In this document: piece after piece, positions 17,781 through 26,173 of the stretch
Layout of the letters: the number at the start of each line of letters is the position of its first letter
Numbering within the stretch: the first letter of the stretch is position 1
IMG/VR virus record: IMGVR_UViG_3300049795_000023
Span: 1-57,828 of that record
From: a virus
Taxonomy: Duplodnaviria; Caudoviricetes
Strand: one strand, 5' to 3'
DNA: 57,828 nucleotides
Program-made: the position numbers and the translations under genes
The notes under the pieces: generated by a model
What the model saw: the letters and a program-made list of their open reading frames with translations, nothing else
The model's database searches: none
Told to the model about the DNA's origin: nothing

Positions 17781-18410
17781 ATGAATAATCAATCAGACAA
17801 CGAATCCGCAGCAACGCTAAGCGAGGAAGACATTTACTTCCTCATCGGCGCAGCGCATGGCCCCTACCTGGCTGTGTGGACCAGGCTGCCGGCAACGTTG
17901 CTTAAGCTAGCGGGAAAGATGGCCGAACACGTCGGCAACCCTGGCCTGGCCAGGCGCTGCAACGAGCTGCGATTGGCACTCGAATTTGAGCCGGTAACGC
18001 TCGATTCTGAAAAGCACGATCCGCTGAACCAGACGCCTCAGGCCACGCTGGAATCCTTGCTGACATGGCTGCCGCGGGCAATCATCTACGGTGGAGAAGT
18101 CAGGATCGACGGCGTTTACCACTGCCACACCAGCGATCCGCTGGTGCCGCTGTCGGCTGTGCGAAAGACGTTTGAAGCGTTGGAGGCACAGCGCACGCCG
18201 GTCGACCCCGAGCTGGAGGAGGCCAGGGTGGGTACCCTGAACTATCGCGGCAATACGGTTTCCTATATGTATGACCGGGCACGTTGCTACAACGACACGC
18301 TAAGCGAAGTCTGGAGCGTCTTGACCAGGCACGGCTTTCCTGTAGATGGCAATAGCAGTGTCGTCGACGCTGTCGACGCTGCGCTAACCGCATTAAAGGT
18401 TATGAAATGA
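17781..18410 (+). CDS. hypothetical protein
   Basis: AAGGA RBS; operonic. Confidence 0.7.
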   Translation: MNNQSDNESAATLSEEDIYFLIGAAHGPYLAVWTRLPATLLKLAGKMAEHVGNPGLARRCNELRLALEFEPVTLDSEKHDPLNQTPQATLESLLTWLPRAIIYGGEVRIDGVYHCHTSDPLVPLSAVRKTFEALEAQRTPVDPELEEARVGTLNYRGNTVSYMYDRARCYNDTLSEVWSVLTRHGFPVDGNSSVVDAVDAALTALKVMK

Positions 18411-18652
18411 ACGCAGATATTAAGCTGATTTCAGAAATGTGGAACTGGCCGACCAGTAGCCTGCAGTTGCTTGCTGCCAAGTCAAATAGGAAGCCTGAAG
18501 CCGGCACGTGGACGCTGACTTCACCGAGCGGAATTAGCTTCACAGGTGACGCGCCCATCATATGCATGCGCAAGGAAATAAATTCCCGCGTAAGGCACGA
18601 TGTAGCCCTGGCCAGGGTCATCCTTGGCGTTCGGGGAGAAGATCTGAAATGA
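18407..18652 (+). CDS. hypothetical protein
   Basis: ATGA-coupled. Confidence 0.65.
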   Translation: MNADIKLISEMWNWPTSSLQLLAAKSNRKPEAGTWTLTSPSGISFTGDAPIICMRKEINSRVRHDVALARVILGVRGEDLK

Positions 18653-19107
18653 GCGACCTTCTTTCCAAAATCTACGCAGCCCAGCGCGATGCTGCTGAGC
18701 GTGCAGTCATCGAGCATTTGGAATCGACCATATGGAAGGAGCCTAACGTCGAAGCACTTAGGCCGAAAGCAAAATTCATGAACCCCATCAGTCGTGATCT
18801 CCGCCACTGCCCACCTGGCCAGTGGAAAGTCGTCCGCGTAAACGGCGTGATAGAAGTACACCTAAGCAAGCCGACGATGGCTGCCGTGCAGGATGTACTA
18901 GACACTTCTCGTCTGGAAAAAATAGGCTTTCTGAATACTTCTACCGGCGAGCACCTAGGGATTCTGATGCTCGCAGACTACCTCGGCTTTAACGAACGCC
19001 TACCTTTCAACAAGCTTGCTAGCGAAGCATATCGAGCGCAAGTTGATGACAAATATGCGTCAATTTACGGCGACGTAGCAATAGTCAACGACGCGGATTT
19101 CAAATAG
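18649..19107 (+). CDS. hypothetical protein
   Basis: ATGA-coupled start at 18649. Confidence 0.65.
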   Translation: MSDLLSKIYAAQRDAAERAVIEHLESTIWKEPNVEALRPKAKFMNPISRDLRHCPPGQWKVVRVNGVIEVHLSKPTMAAVQDVLDTSRLEKIGFLNTSTGEHLGILMLADYLGFNERLPFNKLASEAYRAQVDDKYASIYGDVAIVNDADFK

Positions 19108-19122
19108 ACAGGAACTGGACAC

Positions 19123-19395
19123 ATGACGGCCCGTCCTTTAACAAATAACGAATGGGCCAACATTGTCGAGATGGCCCGCCTAGCCTGTGAGAATCGTAGA
19201 AAAGGCAAAGCTCTGCAGGCGGTCGGTTTAAACGAATCCGCGAAACGCTGTTTCCTAATCGCCAAGACGATGGAACGCCAAATCATTCAGGAAGGATGCG
19301 ACCATGACACCGGAAGGCAAAGTACGAGAATTCCTAAAAAGGCGAGTCGAAGAGCTAGGCGGCGAGATTCGCGCGATTCGCTACATCGGCCGTAG
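19123..19395 (+). CDS. hypothetical protein
   Basis: AGGA RBS; 3' end overlaps the VRR-NUC gene. Confidence 0.5.
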   Translation: MTARPLTNNEWANIVEMARLACENRRKGKALQAVGLNESAKRCFLIAKTMERQIIQEGCDHDTGRQSTRIPKKASRRARRRDSRDSLHRP

Positions 19396-19630
19396 TCACT
19401 GCCCCGATGTAAAGGTCATGTTCCCGCCGATGAGCCGCGGTGCCAACCTGGCCAGCAGCACTAGGATTGACTCTGGCTTAGGCTGGCAGTGCGAGGTGGA
19501 AACGAAAGCCCCGGGCAAGCGGCCGCGTCCTGGCCAGGCTCGCGAGCACGTAAGGTTGCGCATGTGCGGTGTCGACGTTCGGGTTTGCGCAACGATCGAG
19601 CAGGTTGACGCTGAGTTTCCGCTGAAATGA
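19304..19630 (+). CDS. VRR-NUC domain nuclease (resolvase-like)
   Basis: EGKV..., PD, VETKAPG, Q..EH..LR..G..V.V. Confidence 0.85.
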   Translation: MTPEGKVREFLKRRVEELGGEIRAIRYIGRSHCPDVKVMFPPMSRGANLASSTRIDSGLGWQCEVETKAPGKRPRPGQAREHVRLRMCGVDVRVCATIEQVDAEFPLK

Positions 19631-19884
19631 GCACGCAGATCGACTTCAGCAAGCCTCATCCGCGCACTGTGCTATGGATCAAGCAAAGCTCGCGCTGCAA
19701 CAAATGCATTTTTCAATTCAGCCCTGCTGCCGCTTATGACTACACCGGTCTGCGATGCAAGGCAACGAGAACCGAAGGCGCTGCGCGCGAAGGTGGTAAG
19801 TACGCTTACTGCATTGACGCTCGCGAGCCTGGTCAACCCTGCGGCCCGAAGGCTGCCCTTTTCCTACCGAAAGTGGAATCGTGA
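19627..19884 (+). CDS. small Cys-rich hypothetical protein
   Basis: CNKC...C...C...CGP; ATGA-coupled. Confidence 0.65.
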   Translation: MSTQIDFSKPHPRTVLWIKQSSRCNKCIFQFSPAAAYDYTGLRCKATRTEGAAREGGKYAYCIDAREPGQPCGPKAALFLPKVES

Positions 19885-20090
19885 ACGAAGTCGAAGAAGC
19901 AATTCGCTGGCTGAGTGACGAGACACGGGCAGAGCATGCCGAATGCAAGTTTGTGGCAAATCTGATTTTTGCAGAACTTCATCGTCTGCGCAGTGGGTAC
20001 CAGCGTCTTTACGATTCGTCGGACAAGGAAATGCGCGATGGAGACTTAGCGCGAGACATTGCTAAAGCGATGTTGAATCTACCCACTTAG
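19881..20090 (+). CDS. hypothetical protein
   Basis: GTGA-coupled. Confidence 0.6.
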   Translation: MNEVEEAIRWLSDETRAEHAECKFVANLIFAELHRLRSGYQRLYDSSDKEMRDGDLARDIAKAMLNLPT

Positions 20091-20101
20091 GAATTAAAAT
20101 C

Positions 20102-20707
20102 ATGAACTTCAAAGAGTACTACCCGCTGGCCTTGCGTACCTGCAAGATGTTCCCAACTCTCGAACAGAACCTGCGCCATGCCGTCATGGGCATGATTACA
20201 GAAGCCGGCGAGATGATGACGGGCATCAAGCGATGGGAAATCTACAACAAAGAGTTAGATGCTGCGATGCGCTCAGACTTGCTCGAAGAACTCGGCGACT
20301 TTCAGTGGTATGTCCCGGTGGCCATGATGGCTATCGGACGCACCGAACTTCCAGAAGTGCCGCAAATCATGCTCGATGCCCATAGAAGCCGGCTGCACAA
20401 CGCGGGTGACTACGTCATCGCTCTAAATGGGCTGACGAGTGCCGTATCCATCACGCTGTTCACAACGGAACAAGGCGATGTGCCAACGCCGGGCAAGCTT
20501 ACCTACAATTCGATAAATAAAATCGTGGCTGCATGCGTGATGATGAACGATTCAATCGAAAGCCTGGCCGAACAGCTGTGCACGACCGGCGACGAAGTCA
20601 GGCGACTCAATATCGAAAAGCTTCGCAAACGCTTTCCAGTCGCATACACTGACGAAGCAGCAGAAGCGCGGGCAGACAAAGGCGGTCTTGACGCGCGTCA
20701 CTCCTGA
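20102..20707 (+). CDS. MazG-like nucleotide pyrophosphohydrolase
   Basis: EAGE...EELGD..WY and NIEKLRKRFP motifs. Confidence 0.85.
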   Translation: MNFKEYYPLALRTCKMFPTLEQNLRHAVMGMITEAGEMMTGIKRWEIYNKELDAAMRSDLLEELGDFQWYVPVAMMAIGRTELPEVPQIMLDAHRSRLHNAGDYVIALNGLTSAVSITLFTTEQGDVPTPGKLTYNSINKIVAACVMMNDSIESLAEQLCTTGDEVRRLNIEKLRKRFPVAYTDEAAEARADKGGLDARHS

Positions 20708-20743
20708 CACCTAAACGCCAACTCTCTCGAAAGGAGAATTTCA

Positions 20744-21148
20744 ATGTCCTCAGTCCCAGTGAACATGATCAACATCGTGCAGATTCAGGCTGCACTGCTG
20801 GTCCCAGTAAATGCAAATTTCATTTCCGAAAAGCTTGGCTTCAAGCCCGCACGCACGGACAAGCGCGCGATGTTCTGGAACGCGTCCGAGTACCCGAAGA
20901 TGTGCGATGCCCTGGTGCGCTGGATCGAACATCAGAAGCGCATGGACCCGACGAAGCTGACCGGCGAGCGGCCGAAAAGTGCAGAACCGGAAGTGAAAGC
21001 AGGCAACGGCGCTGCGCCAGAGCAAGCCCAACCCTTCGTCGGCCAGGTATCGAATCCCTTCGGCGCGGCCGCAGATCCTTTCGGCGCAGCACCGGACCCT
21101 TTCGCAGCGGCGCCGGCAGCACCCGACCTGTCAAACCTTTTCGGCTAG
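20744..21148 (+). CDS. hypothetical protein with NPF/DPF-repeat tail
   Basis: AGGAG RBS; NPFGAAADPFGAAPDPFA. Confidence 0.8.
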   Translation: MSSVPVNMINIVQIQAALLVPVNANFISEKLGFKPARTDKRAMFWNASEYPKMCDALVRWIEHQKRMDPTKLTGERPKSAEPEVKAGNGAAPEQAQPFVGQVSNPFGAAADPFGAAPDPFAAAPAAPDLSNLFG

Positions 21149-21156
21149 AACCGGCG

Positions 21157-21801
21157 ATGTCGGACGCCGAAGAACTCCAGCCACCGGAGCTTAAGCAGGT
21201 GGCAGTCGTCAACCAGGACAGTCTTCGGGCTGTGCTGCGTGAATACGCGATCGACTCGCGGTCCGGCGATACGGCAAGCTACCGCGAAACCGCTGAGATG
21301 AGCATTGAACAGCTCGTTGAAACTTCGTTCGCGCATATGTGGGCGAAGTTTGAAGCGGCAGGGCTTGTTGTAAAGTTGCAAAGCATCGTTGACGACGGGA
21401 CGGCTGTGCCTGGCGAACTCGACGAAGCCATGAATCAAGAATTCGTCGCTATCCGGCCAGGGCGTGACGTACTTCTGGCAAGTGAGGATATTGCTGCCGG
21501 TCAGTTGTGCGTGCTCGATCTAGGTTTGCAAATTCGAGTAGCTACAGATGAGGAAGTCGCTGCCGCCAAGAACGAAATAGCCGAAGGCGAAGACTTGCAG
21601 GAAGAGGTAGGACTGCGGGACGCGCCTGAAGCCGAGGAAGCTGTGTCGGGAGACATGCCGCAATTCGACGCGCCCACGCCAAAAATAGGCGATATGCCAA
21701 ACCCCGTCGACACCGAAAGCAGGACGGCTGAGCCAGAGCTGACGCCGGAAACCACGACGCTCAGTTCACCGGACGTGCTTGCGCTATTCGGACTGACTTG
21801 A
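21157..21801 (+). CDS. acidic hypothetical protein
   Basis: ATG 21157 right after the upstream stop (ORF track extension overlaps previous gene). Confidence 0.7.
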   Translation: MSDAEELQPPELKQVAVVNQDSLRAVLREYAIDSRSGDTASYRETAEMSIEQLVETSFAHMWAKFEAAGLVVKLQSIVDDGTAVPGELDEAMNQEFVAIRPGRDVLLASEDIAAGQLCVLDLGLQIRVATDEEVAAAKNEIAEGEDLQEEVGLRDAPEAEEAVSGDMPQFDAPTPKIGDMPNPVDTESRTAEPELTPETTTLSSPDVLALFGLT

Positions 21802-21805
21802 CCAG

Positions 21806-21835
21806 GTAGGGCGGCAGGTGCGCCCTACCATTTTC
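21806..21835 (+). terminator. hairpin, possible terminator
   Basis: GGTAGGGCG-N7-CGCCCTACC then ATTTT. Confidence 0.55.
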
Positions 21836-21846
21836 ACAATTGCAAA

Positions 21847-23304
21847 ATGGCCCTACCTGTACTGAACCCCCGCACCTATCAAGCCGCCCTGCGCAATTTT
21901 GCGCTGGACAATCGACGCTGCAACTGGTGGGCCGGCACGGGCACAGGCAAGACAGTTGCCGGGCTGCTGACCTACGACCTTCTGCGCACGTTCGGTGAAG
22001 GTGACCGCATCCTGATTGTCACAACGAAGAACGTGGCCACTCTGGTCTGGCCGCGCGAAGTGTTGCGCTGGGAGAACTTCGAGCGCTACAGCGTAGCCGT
22101 CTGCGTTGGGCCACTCAAGGATCGCTTGGCTGCCCTGGCCAAAATGGCAGAAATCACAACTGTCAATTTTGAAAATCTACCTTGGCTAATCGACACTGTC
22201 GGCATTGACACTTGGCCGTGGCGCATTGTCATCGCTGACGAATCCACTGAGCTGCGAGGCCTGCGTATCGACATGCGCCGGTCTTCCAAGGGAAACGAAT
22301 ATCTGCGCAAGGCCGGCGGCAGCGCGCGGGCCATGAAGATTGCACGCGTTGCACACAAGAAGGTTGTCTGGTGGATCAACGCCACCGGCGAGCCTGCACC
22401 GAACGGCTTGATCGACCTCTGGGGGCAATGCTGGTTCATTGACGCAGGAGGCGCACTGGGCAGCCACTTCAGCGCATTTGAAGCACGCTGGTTCCAGAAC
22501 ATCCGAATTGGTAGTGATGCCTGGGACGTTCGCCTTGTGCCAACGCAGTGGGCTGACGCACAGATCAAGGAGGCAATCCGCCCCTACACCATGACGGTCG
22601 ACGCGCGAGATTACTTCGACCTGGCGACAGACCTGGTCAACACGATCAAGGTGCCGCTGCCGGACTCGGCTAAGGATGCGTATCGTGAAATGGAAAAGGA
22701 CATGTTCGCGGTTGTGAAAACGCTCGCAAGCGAAGTTGAAATTGAAGTATTCGCAGCTGGCGCCAAGAGCATGAAATTAAGGCAGTTCGCATCGGGCGCG
22801 GCATACCTGAAGGTGGGTGAGCCTGAATGGGTGCTGGTGCATGACAACAAGCTCGAAGCCGTGAAGGACATCGTTAACGAACTTGGCGGCCGGCCTGTGA
22901 TCATTGCCTACGAATTCCGCAGCGATCTGGAACGACTGCAGAAGGCTTTCCCGAAGTCGGTTCACTTCGACGGCAATTCGCTAACCCTGGCCAGGTTCTG
23001 CCGTGGTGAGATTGGCCAGCTGCTGTGCCATCCGAAGTCTGCTGCCCACGGGATCGACGGCATGCAGGAGGTTTGCCAAGACGTGATCTGGTTTTCGATG
23101 ACGTGGCGGCTAGATCTATTTCGGCAATTGAATGAACGCATAGGCGCCATGCGCCAATTCTCAGCAGGCTTCGGTAATACGCGACAAACTAGAATTCACC
23201 TACTGGTCGCTGAAGGAACGCTGGAAGAAGAAATGGTAGAGCGAGTCGAGAACAAAGGCAGCGTCAACGATGCGCTAAAAATAGCGATGAAGCGAAGGGG
23301 TTGA
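21847..23304 (+). CDS. SNF2-family helicase
   Basis: GTGTGKT, IADES, ATGEP.PN...DLWGQ, HPKSAAHG, Q.NERI. Confidence 0.9.
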   Translation: MALPVLNPRTYQAALRNFALDNRRCNWWAGTGTGKTVAGLLTYDLLRTFGEGDRILIVTTKNVATLVWPREVLRWENFERYSVAVCVGPLKDRLAALAKMAEITTVNFENLPWLIDTVGIDTWPWRIVIADESTELRGLRIDMRRSSKGNEYLRKAGGSARAMKIARVAHKKVVWWINATGEPAPNGLIDLWGQCWFIDAGGALGSHFSAFEARWFQNIRIGSDAWDVRLVPTQWADAQIKEAIRPYTMTVDARDYFDLATDLVNTIKVPLPDSAKDAYREMEKDMFAVVKTLASEVEIEVFAAGAKSMKLRQFASGAAYLKVGEPEWVLVHDNKLEAVKDIVNELGGRPVIIAYEFRSDLERLQKAFPKSVHFDGNSLTLARFCRGEIGQLLCHPKSAAHGIDGMQEVCQDVIWFSMTWRLDLFRQLNERIGAMRQFSAGFGNTRQTRIHLLVAEGTLEEEMVERVENKGSVNDALKIAMKRRG

Positions 23305-23534
23305 TCGTGAGCCGAGTCTTCTCTGCCAAGCTAGTGCGCTACCTAAGCGTGCCTCCGCGTCCGCTGACTGTAAAGGCAATCGCGATTGATCTCGACGTAC
23401 CTGAAAGCTCAATTCGCGAATGGCTTTACGAATTCCAGCGAGCCGAGCTGGTGAACATCGTCGGGCGTGTACACCGGCCACCTGGCCAGGGGCGGGGGCT
23501 TAGCGCTTCGGCTCTCTGGCAGTGGCGTAGCTGA
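23301..23534 (+). CDS. small winged-HTH protein
   Basis: LTVKAIAIDLDVPESSIREWL. Confidence 0.65.
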   Translation: MIVSRVFSAKLVRYLSVPPRPLTVKAIAIDLDVPESSIREWLYEFQRAELVNIVGRVHRPPGQGRGLSASALWQWRS

Positions 23535-23538
23535 AACG

Positions 23539-23572
23539 AAAAAAGCCACCAGCGTCAGCGGGTGGCTTTTTC
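23539..23572. terminator. bidirectional terminator between convergent replication and late operons
   Basis: GAAAAAAGCCACC...GGTGGCTTTTTC. Confidence 0.85.
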
Positions 23573-23638
23573 AGGTCTTGACCAGGGAGTGCCAAGACCT
23601 GCTGCGTCCGAAGACACAGCGCGCGCAGTCTAGCACAG

Positions 23639-23980
23639 TTACTTCGTTGCTTCCGTCCTGGTAGGTTTGATTAGCCTGCTGCACGTAGCGCTAACCGGAA
23701 CCCATGCCGCGGTGCCGTCTGGAAGCTGCGTGCACTGGAACGTGCGGCTTCCGACCAGGGGCGTGACGCGGTCGTATACCGTAGCCTGTGCGCCGAATAG
23801 TCCTGCCGGCAGGATTTGATTGGCAGTAGGCGTACACCAGCCGCCGCGGAAGTCGCTCGCGGCTTTGTACCATTTGCCACCCGGCCCCGAGGCCTTGCAA
23901 TCCATCTTTGGGGCAGCCAACGCAGCAGCGCCGAACAGCGCCGCGCAAACCGCAATCACAGATACCTTAAAGCTTTCCAC
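23639..23980 (-). CDS. exported protein with signal peptide and four Cys
   Basis: GGAG RBS, GTG start; hydrophobic leader ending AALA-A; 4 Cys in the mature part. Confidence 0.75.
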   Translation of the reverse strand: MESFKVSVIAVCAALFGAAALAAPKMDCKASGPGGKWYKAASDFRGGWCTPTANQILPAGLFGAQATVYDRVTPLVGSRTFQCTQLPDGTAAWVPVSATCSRLIKPTRTEATK

Positions 23981-23993
23981 AATTATCTCCTTT

Positions 23994-24341
23994 TCAATAT
24001 CGACTTTCCAAAAGCACGCGTTCGTGCTTACGACGTTCAACCCAAATCGGTAACGGTAAAATCATATTGCTGAATCTTGAATCCTTTGTCTGGTCGGTGT
24101 ACTCAATGCGCCCATCGCGTATGGAGTACACACACTTGTGATGGTCCTTGTCAATGCTTGGCGCAATGCTGGGTAGATAAGGATGATGATTCCAGACCCA
24201 GACTGCGCCGCGTATGTCAGGCTTCTCAACAGCTATTTCGTGGACGGCGCCGCACGACGGGCACCAGTGTGCAATGACCTCGCCGCGCAGCGACCCGAGC
24301 GGGCTCACCTCGTACAGCGATGGAGAGATGAGCTTGCCCAT
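23994..24341 (-). CDS. DUF6527-like Zn-binding protein
   Basis: HWCPSCG..H, W.WN, PSIAPSI, C...IRDGRIEY. Confidence 0.65.
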   Translation of the reverse strand: MGKLISPSLYEVSPLGSLRGEVIAHWCPSCGAVHEIAVEKPDIRGAVWVWNHHPYLPSIAPSIDKDHHKCVYSIRDGRIEYTDQTKDSRFSNMILPLPIWVERRKHERVLLESRY

Positions 24342-24486
24342 GGTGTTCTAGCGATACAGATTGCGAATTCGTTGCCAGTCAGCGTCTTCGCGCTTGCGAA
24401 TATGCGCGTCTCGCTGGCAGCTACTCGCACGGGCAGCAGCAACTAGCATCGGATTGCAGCCTGACCACATCGTCTTTATTTTACGT

Positions 24487-25035
24487 TTACGCATTGTCAT
24501 TTTGTGGCCCGCCAGACTGCGAAAAGATTGATCCCCCTGCGCCGATGTAGGCAGCGATGGAACTGCGCAGCTGCATCGTCGGCTGTCCCGTTGTGGCACC
24601 AGGCAGGCTGGCCCAGATCGGGCGCAGCTTGATGATGGCCAACTCGATATTGCCGGCGACGATGTCGCTTACCGCTTTCTTCTCCAGGATCAGCGCGACA
24701 GCCATCAGATCCTGAGTCTCAGGTGAGAAATCAGAAAAGCCGTACTGCTTGACCAGGGCGCGGTAGGTAGTATTGGTGATCTGGTATGCGCCGGCCGCGG
24801 TCGTGAAGTCAAGCTTGCCATTGCGCACAAACTGGCCGTCGTAGCGCTCGTATGTCTTGACATTCGGATGATCCGCGAAGCTCTCGAACAGCAAGGGCTT
24901 CGCTGCGGTCGAACCGAACAGCCACTGGTAGGCCTCAGGCATCACGCTCGATTCGCCGTAGCGAATCATGATCAGCGCTGCCTTGATGTTGGGTTCAGCA
25001 GCGATTGCTTTCAGTCTTTGCATTTGCGTTGGCAT
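24487..25035 (-). CDS. endolysin, lambda R-like lytic transglycosylase
   Basis: IRYGES catalytic Glu, FADHP, TAAGAYQ, DFSPETQD, IWASLPG. Confidence 0.92.
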   Translation of the reverse strand: MPTQMQRLKAIAAEPNIKAALIMIRYGESSVMPEAYQWLFGSTAAKPLLFESFADHPNVKTYERYDGQFVRNGKLDFTTAAGAYQITNTTYRALVKQYGFSDFSPETQDLMAVALILEKKAVSDIVAGNIELAIIKLRPIWASLPGATTGQPTMQLRSSIAAYIGAGGSIFSQSGGPQNDNA

Positions 25036-25050
25036 GTCAATCCTTAATTG

Positions 25051-25272
25051 TCAGATGTCGATAAGAACAACCGTCAGGGCTGGGGCTTGCCCTTCAATCA
25101 AGCCGTTGCGCACGAAGACTTCCTGGCCAACAGTCGCTTGTCCCCTGGCCTGGATCTGTCCGCCGCCAGGCAATTCGATAAGCCAGCTATCCCCGGCCAG
25201 GGAAGCGACGACTTCGCCTACTTCCAGGGGTGGATCTGACAGCAGGCCGCGCAAGGCTTTATAGCTGTTCAT
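25051..25272 (-). CDS. small tail-associated OB-fold-like protein
   Basis: IELPGGGQIQARG...GQEVFVRNG.IEG; ATGA-coupled start at 25272. Confidence 0.7.
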   Translation of the reverse strand: MNSYKALRGLLSDPPLEVGEVVASLAGDSWLIELPGGGQIQARGQATVGQEVFVRNGLIEGQAPALTVVLIDI

Positions 25273-26063
25273 AGTCCGCACCCGAATGATGAGCCGCAGC
25301 CCTGGTCAGATGGCAATTCTGCTTCGTGATTTTTACCATATTGTGCCCACATCATGACACCGTAGATACCCATTGCATCGAATCGCTTTGGACGGAACAT
25401 CGGCTTTCCGATTTCAACTTCGAGCGAACTGACTTTGCTAATGTCTGTCACAGTGAGTCGCTTGAAATCGTCACGATTCGCGTTTACGCATGGGCTACAT
25501 TCACTGCTGCGATGGGGTAAAACTTCAAAGCCTGCTCTATCTAACAAGCCGTCGCGTAAATCGTCGTCGTGCAGATAAAGCGGATGCCATACCTTTCGAT
25601 CCCCGTGCACTTCGCTGCGCTCGATAAACTCGGGTGTATCGCGCCTAGCAATGCTTTCGGCTCGACGCTTGCCGATAAGCACTGTTGCTTGTCGCTGCGG
25701 ATCGACGTTATCAATCCAATTCAGGAACGGCACGATTTTCAGATGCGTGGTACAAAATTGCATGCCGTTGCCTGGAAATCCCTTCTTGAGCCTAACCAGG
25801 TCGCTCATACCCATTGAAGGGATCTCTACTGTCTCGAATCCGCAACGCTCAGCGAATGCGGAAACCGTTTTGATTCTGCTGTCCCAACCGGGCGCGGACC
25901 ATCCTGTGTTGCAGTAGGCGACAACAACCGGCGAAGTAAACGCTAGAGCGTTCTCGAACGCCCACTGAATGAGTGCTGTTGAGTCGTTTCCGGCTGACGA
26001 CGAAATCACAAACCGCGGCCCAGCCCATGGCTTCAGTTCTTGAAACAGCAAATCGAGGTTCAC
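25269..26063 (-). CDS. PAPS reductase-domain (CysH/DndC-like) protein
   Basis: PP-loop variant SSAGNDS, NTGW, FCTTHLK, GKRRAES, CSPC, C-terminal C...CG. Confidence 0.85.
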   Translation of the reverse strand: MNLDLLFQELKPWAGPRFVISSSAGNDSTALIQWAFENALAFTSPVVVAYCNTGWSAPGWDSRIKTVSAFAERCGFETVEIPSMGMSDLVRLKKGFPGNGMQFCTTHLKIVPFLNWIDNVDPQRQATVLIGKRRAESIARRDTPEFIERSEVHGDRKVWHPLYLHDDDLRDGLLDRAGFEVLPHRSSECSPCVNANRDDFKRLTVTDISKVSSLEVEIGKPMFRPKRFDAMGIYGVMMWAQYGKNHEAELPSDQGCGSSFGCGL

Positions 26064-26173
26064 GATTTCTCCTTACGATCACGAAAGATCCAATCAATGA
26101 TCCACCAATCGATCGCTCCACCTACAAGAACGGCCACGATCGTGAAGAACGCAGACAAGTCGCCATCGGTCAT
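26060..26173 (-). CDS. 37-aa single-TM peptide (not in ORF track)
   Basis: MTDGDLSAFFTIVAVLVGGAIDWWIIDWIFRDRKEKS; ATGA and GTGA overlaps with both neighbours. Confidence 0.65.
   Translation of the reverse strand: MTDGDLSAFFTIVAVLVGGAIDWWIIDWIFRDRKEKS

Noticed and set aside
25269-26063. Complete Dnd/Ssp phosphorothioation system
   Set aside because: No DndA/D/E or Ssp partners recognisable; only the single domain is supported
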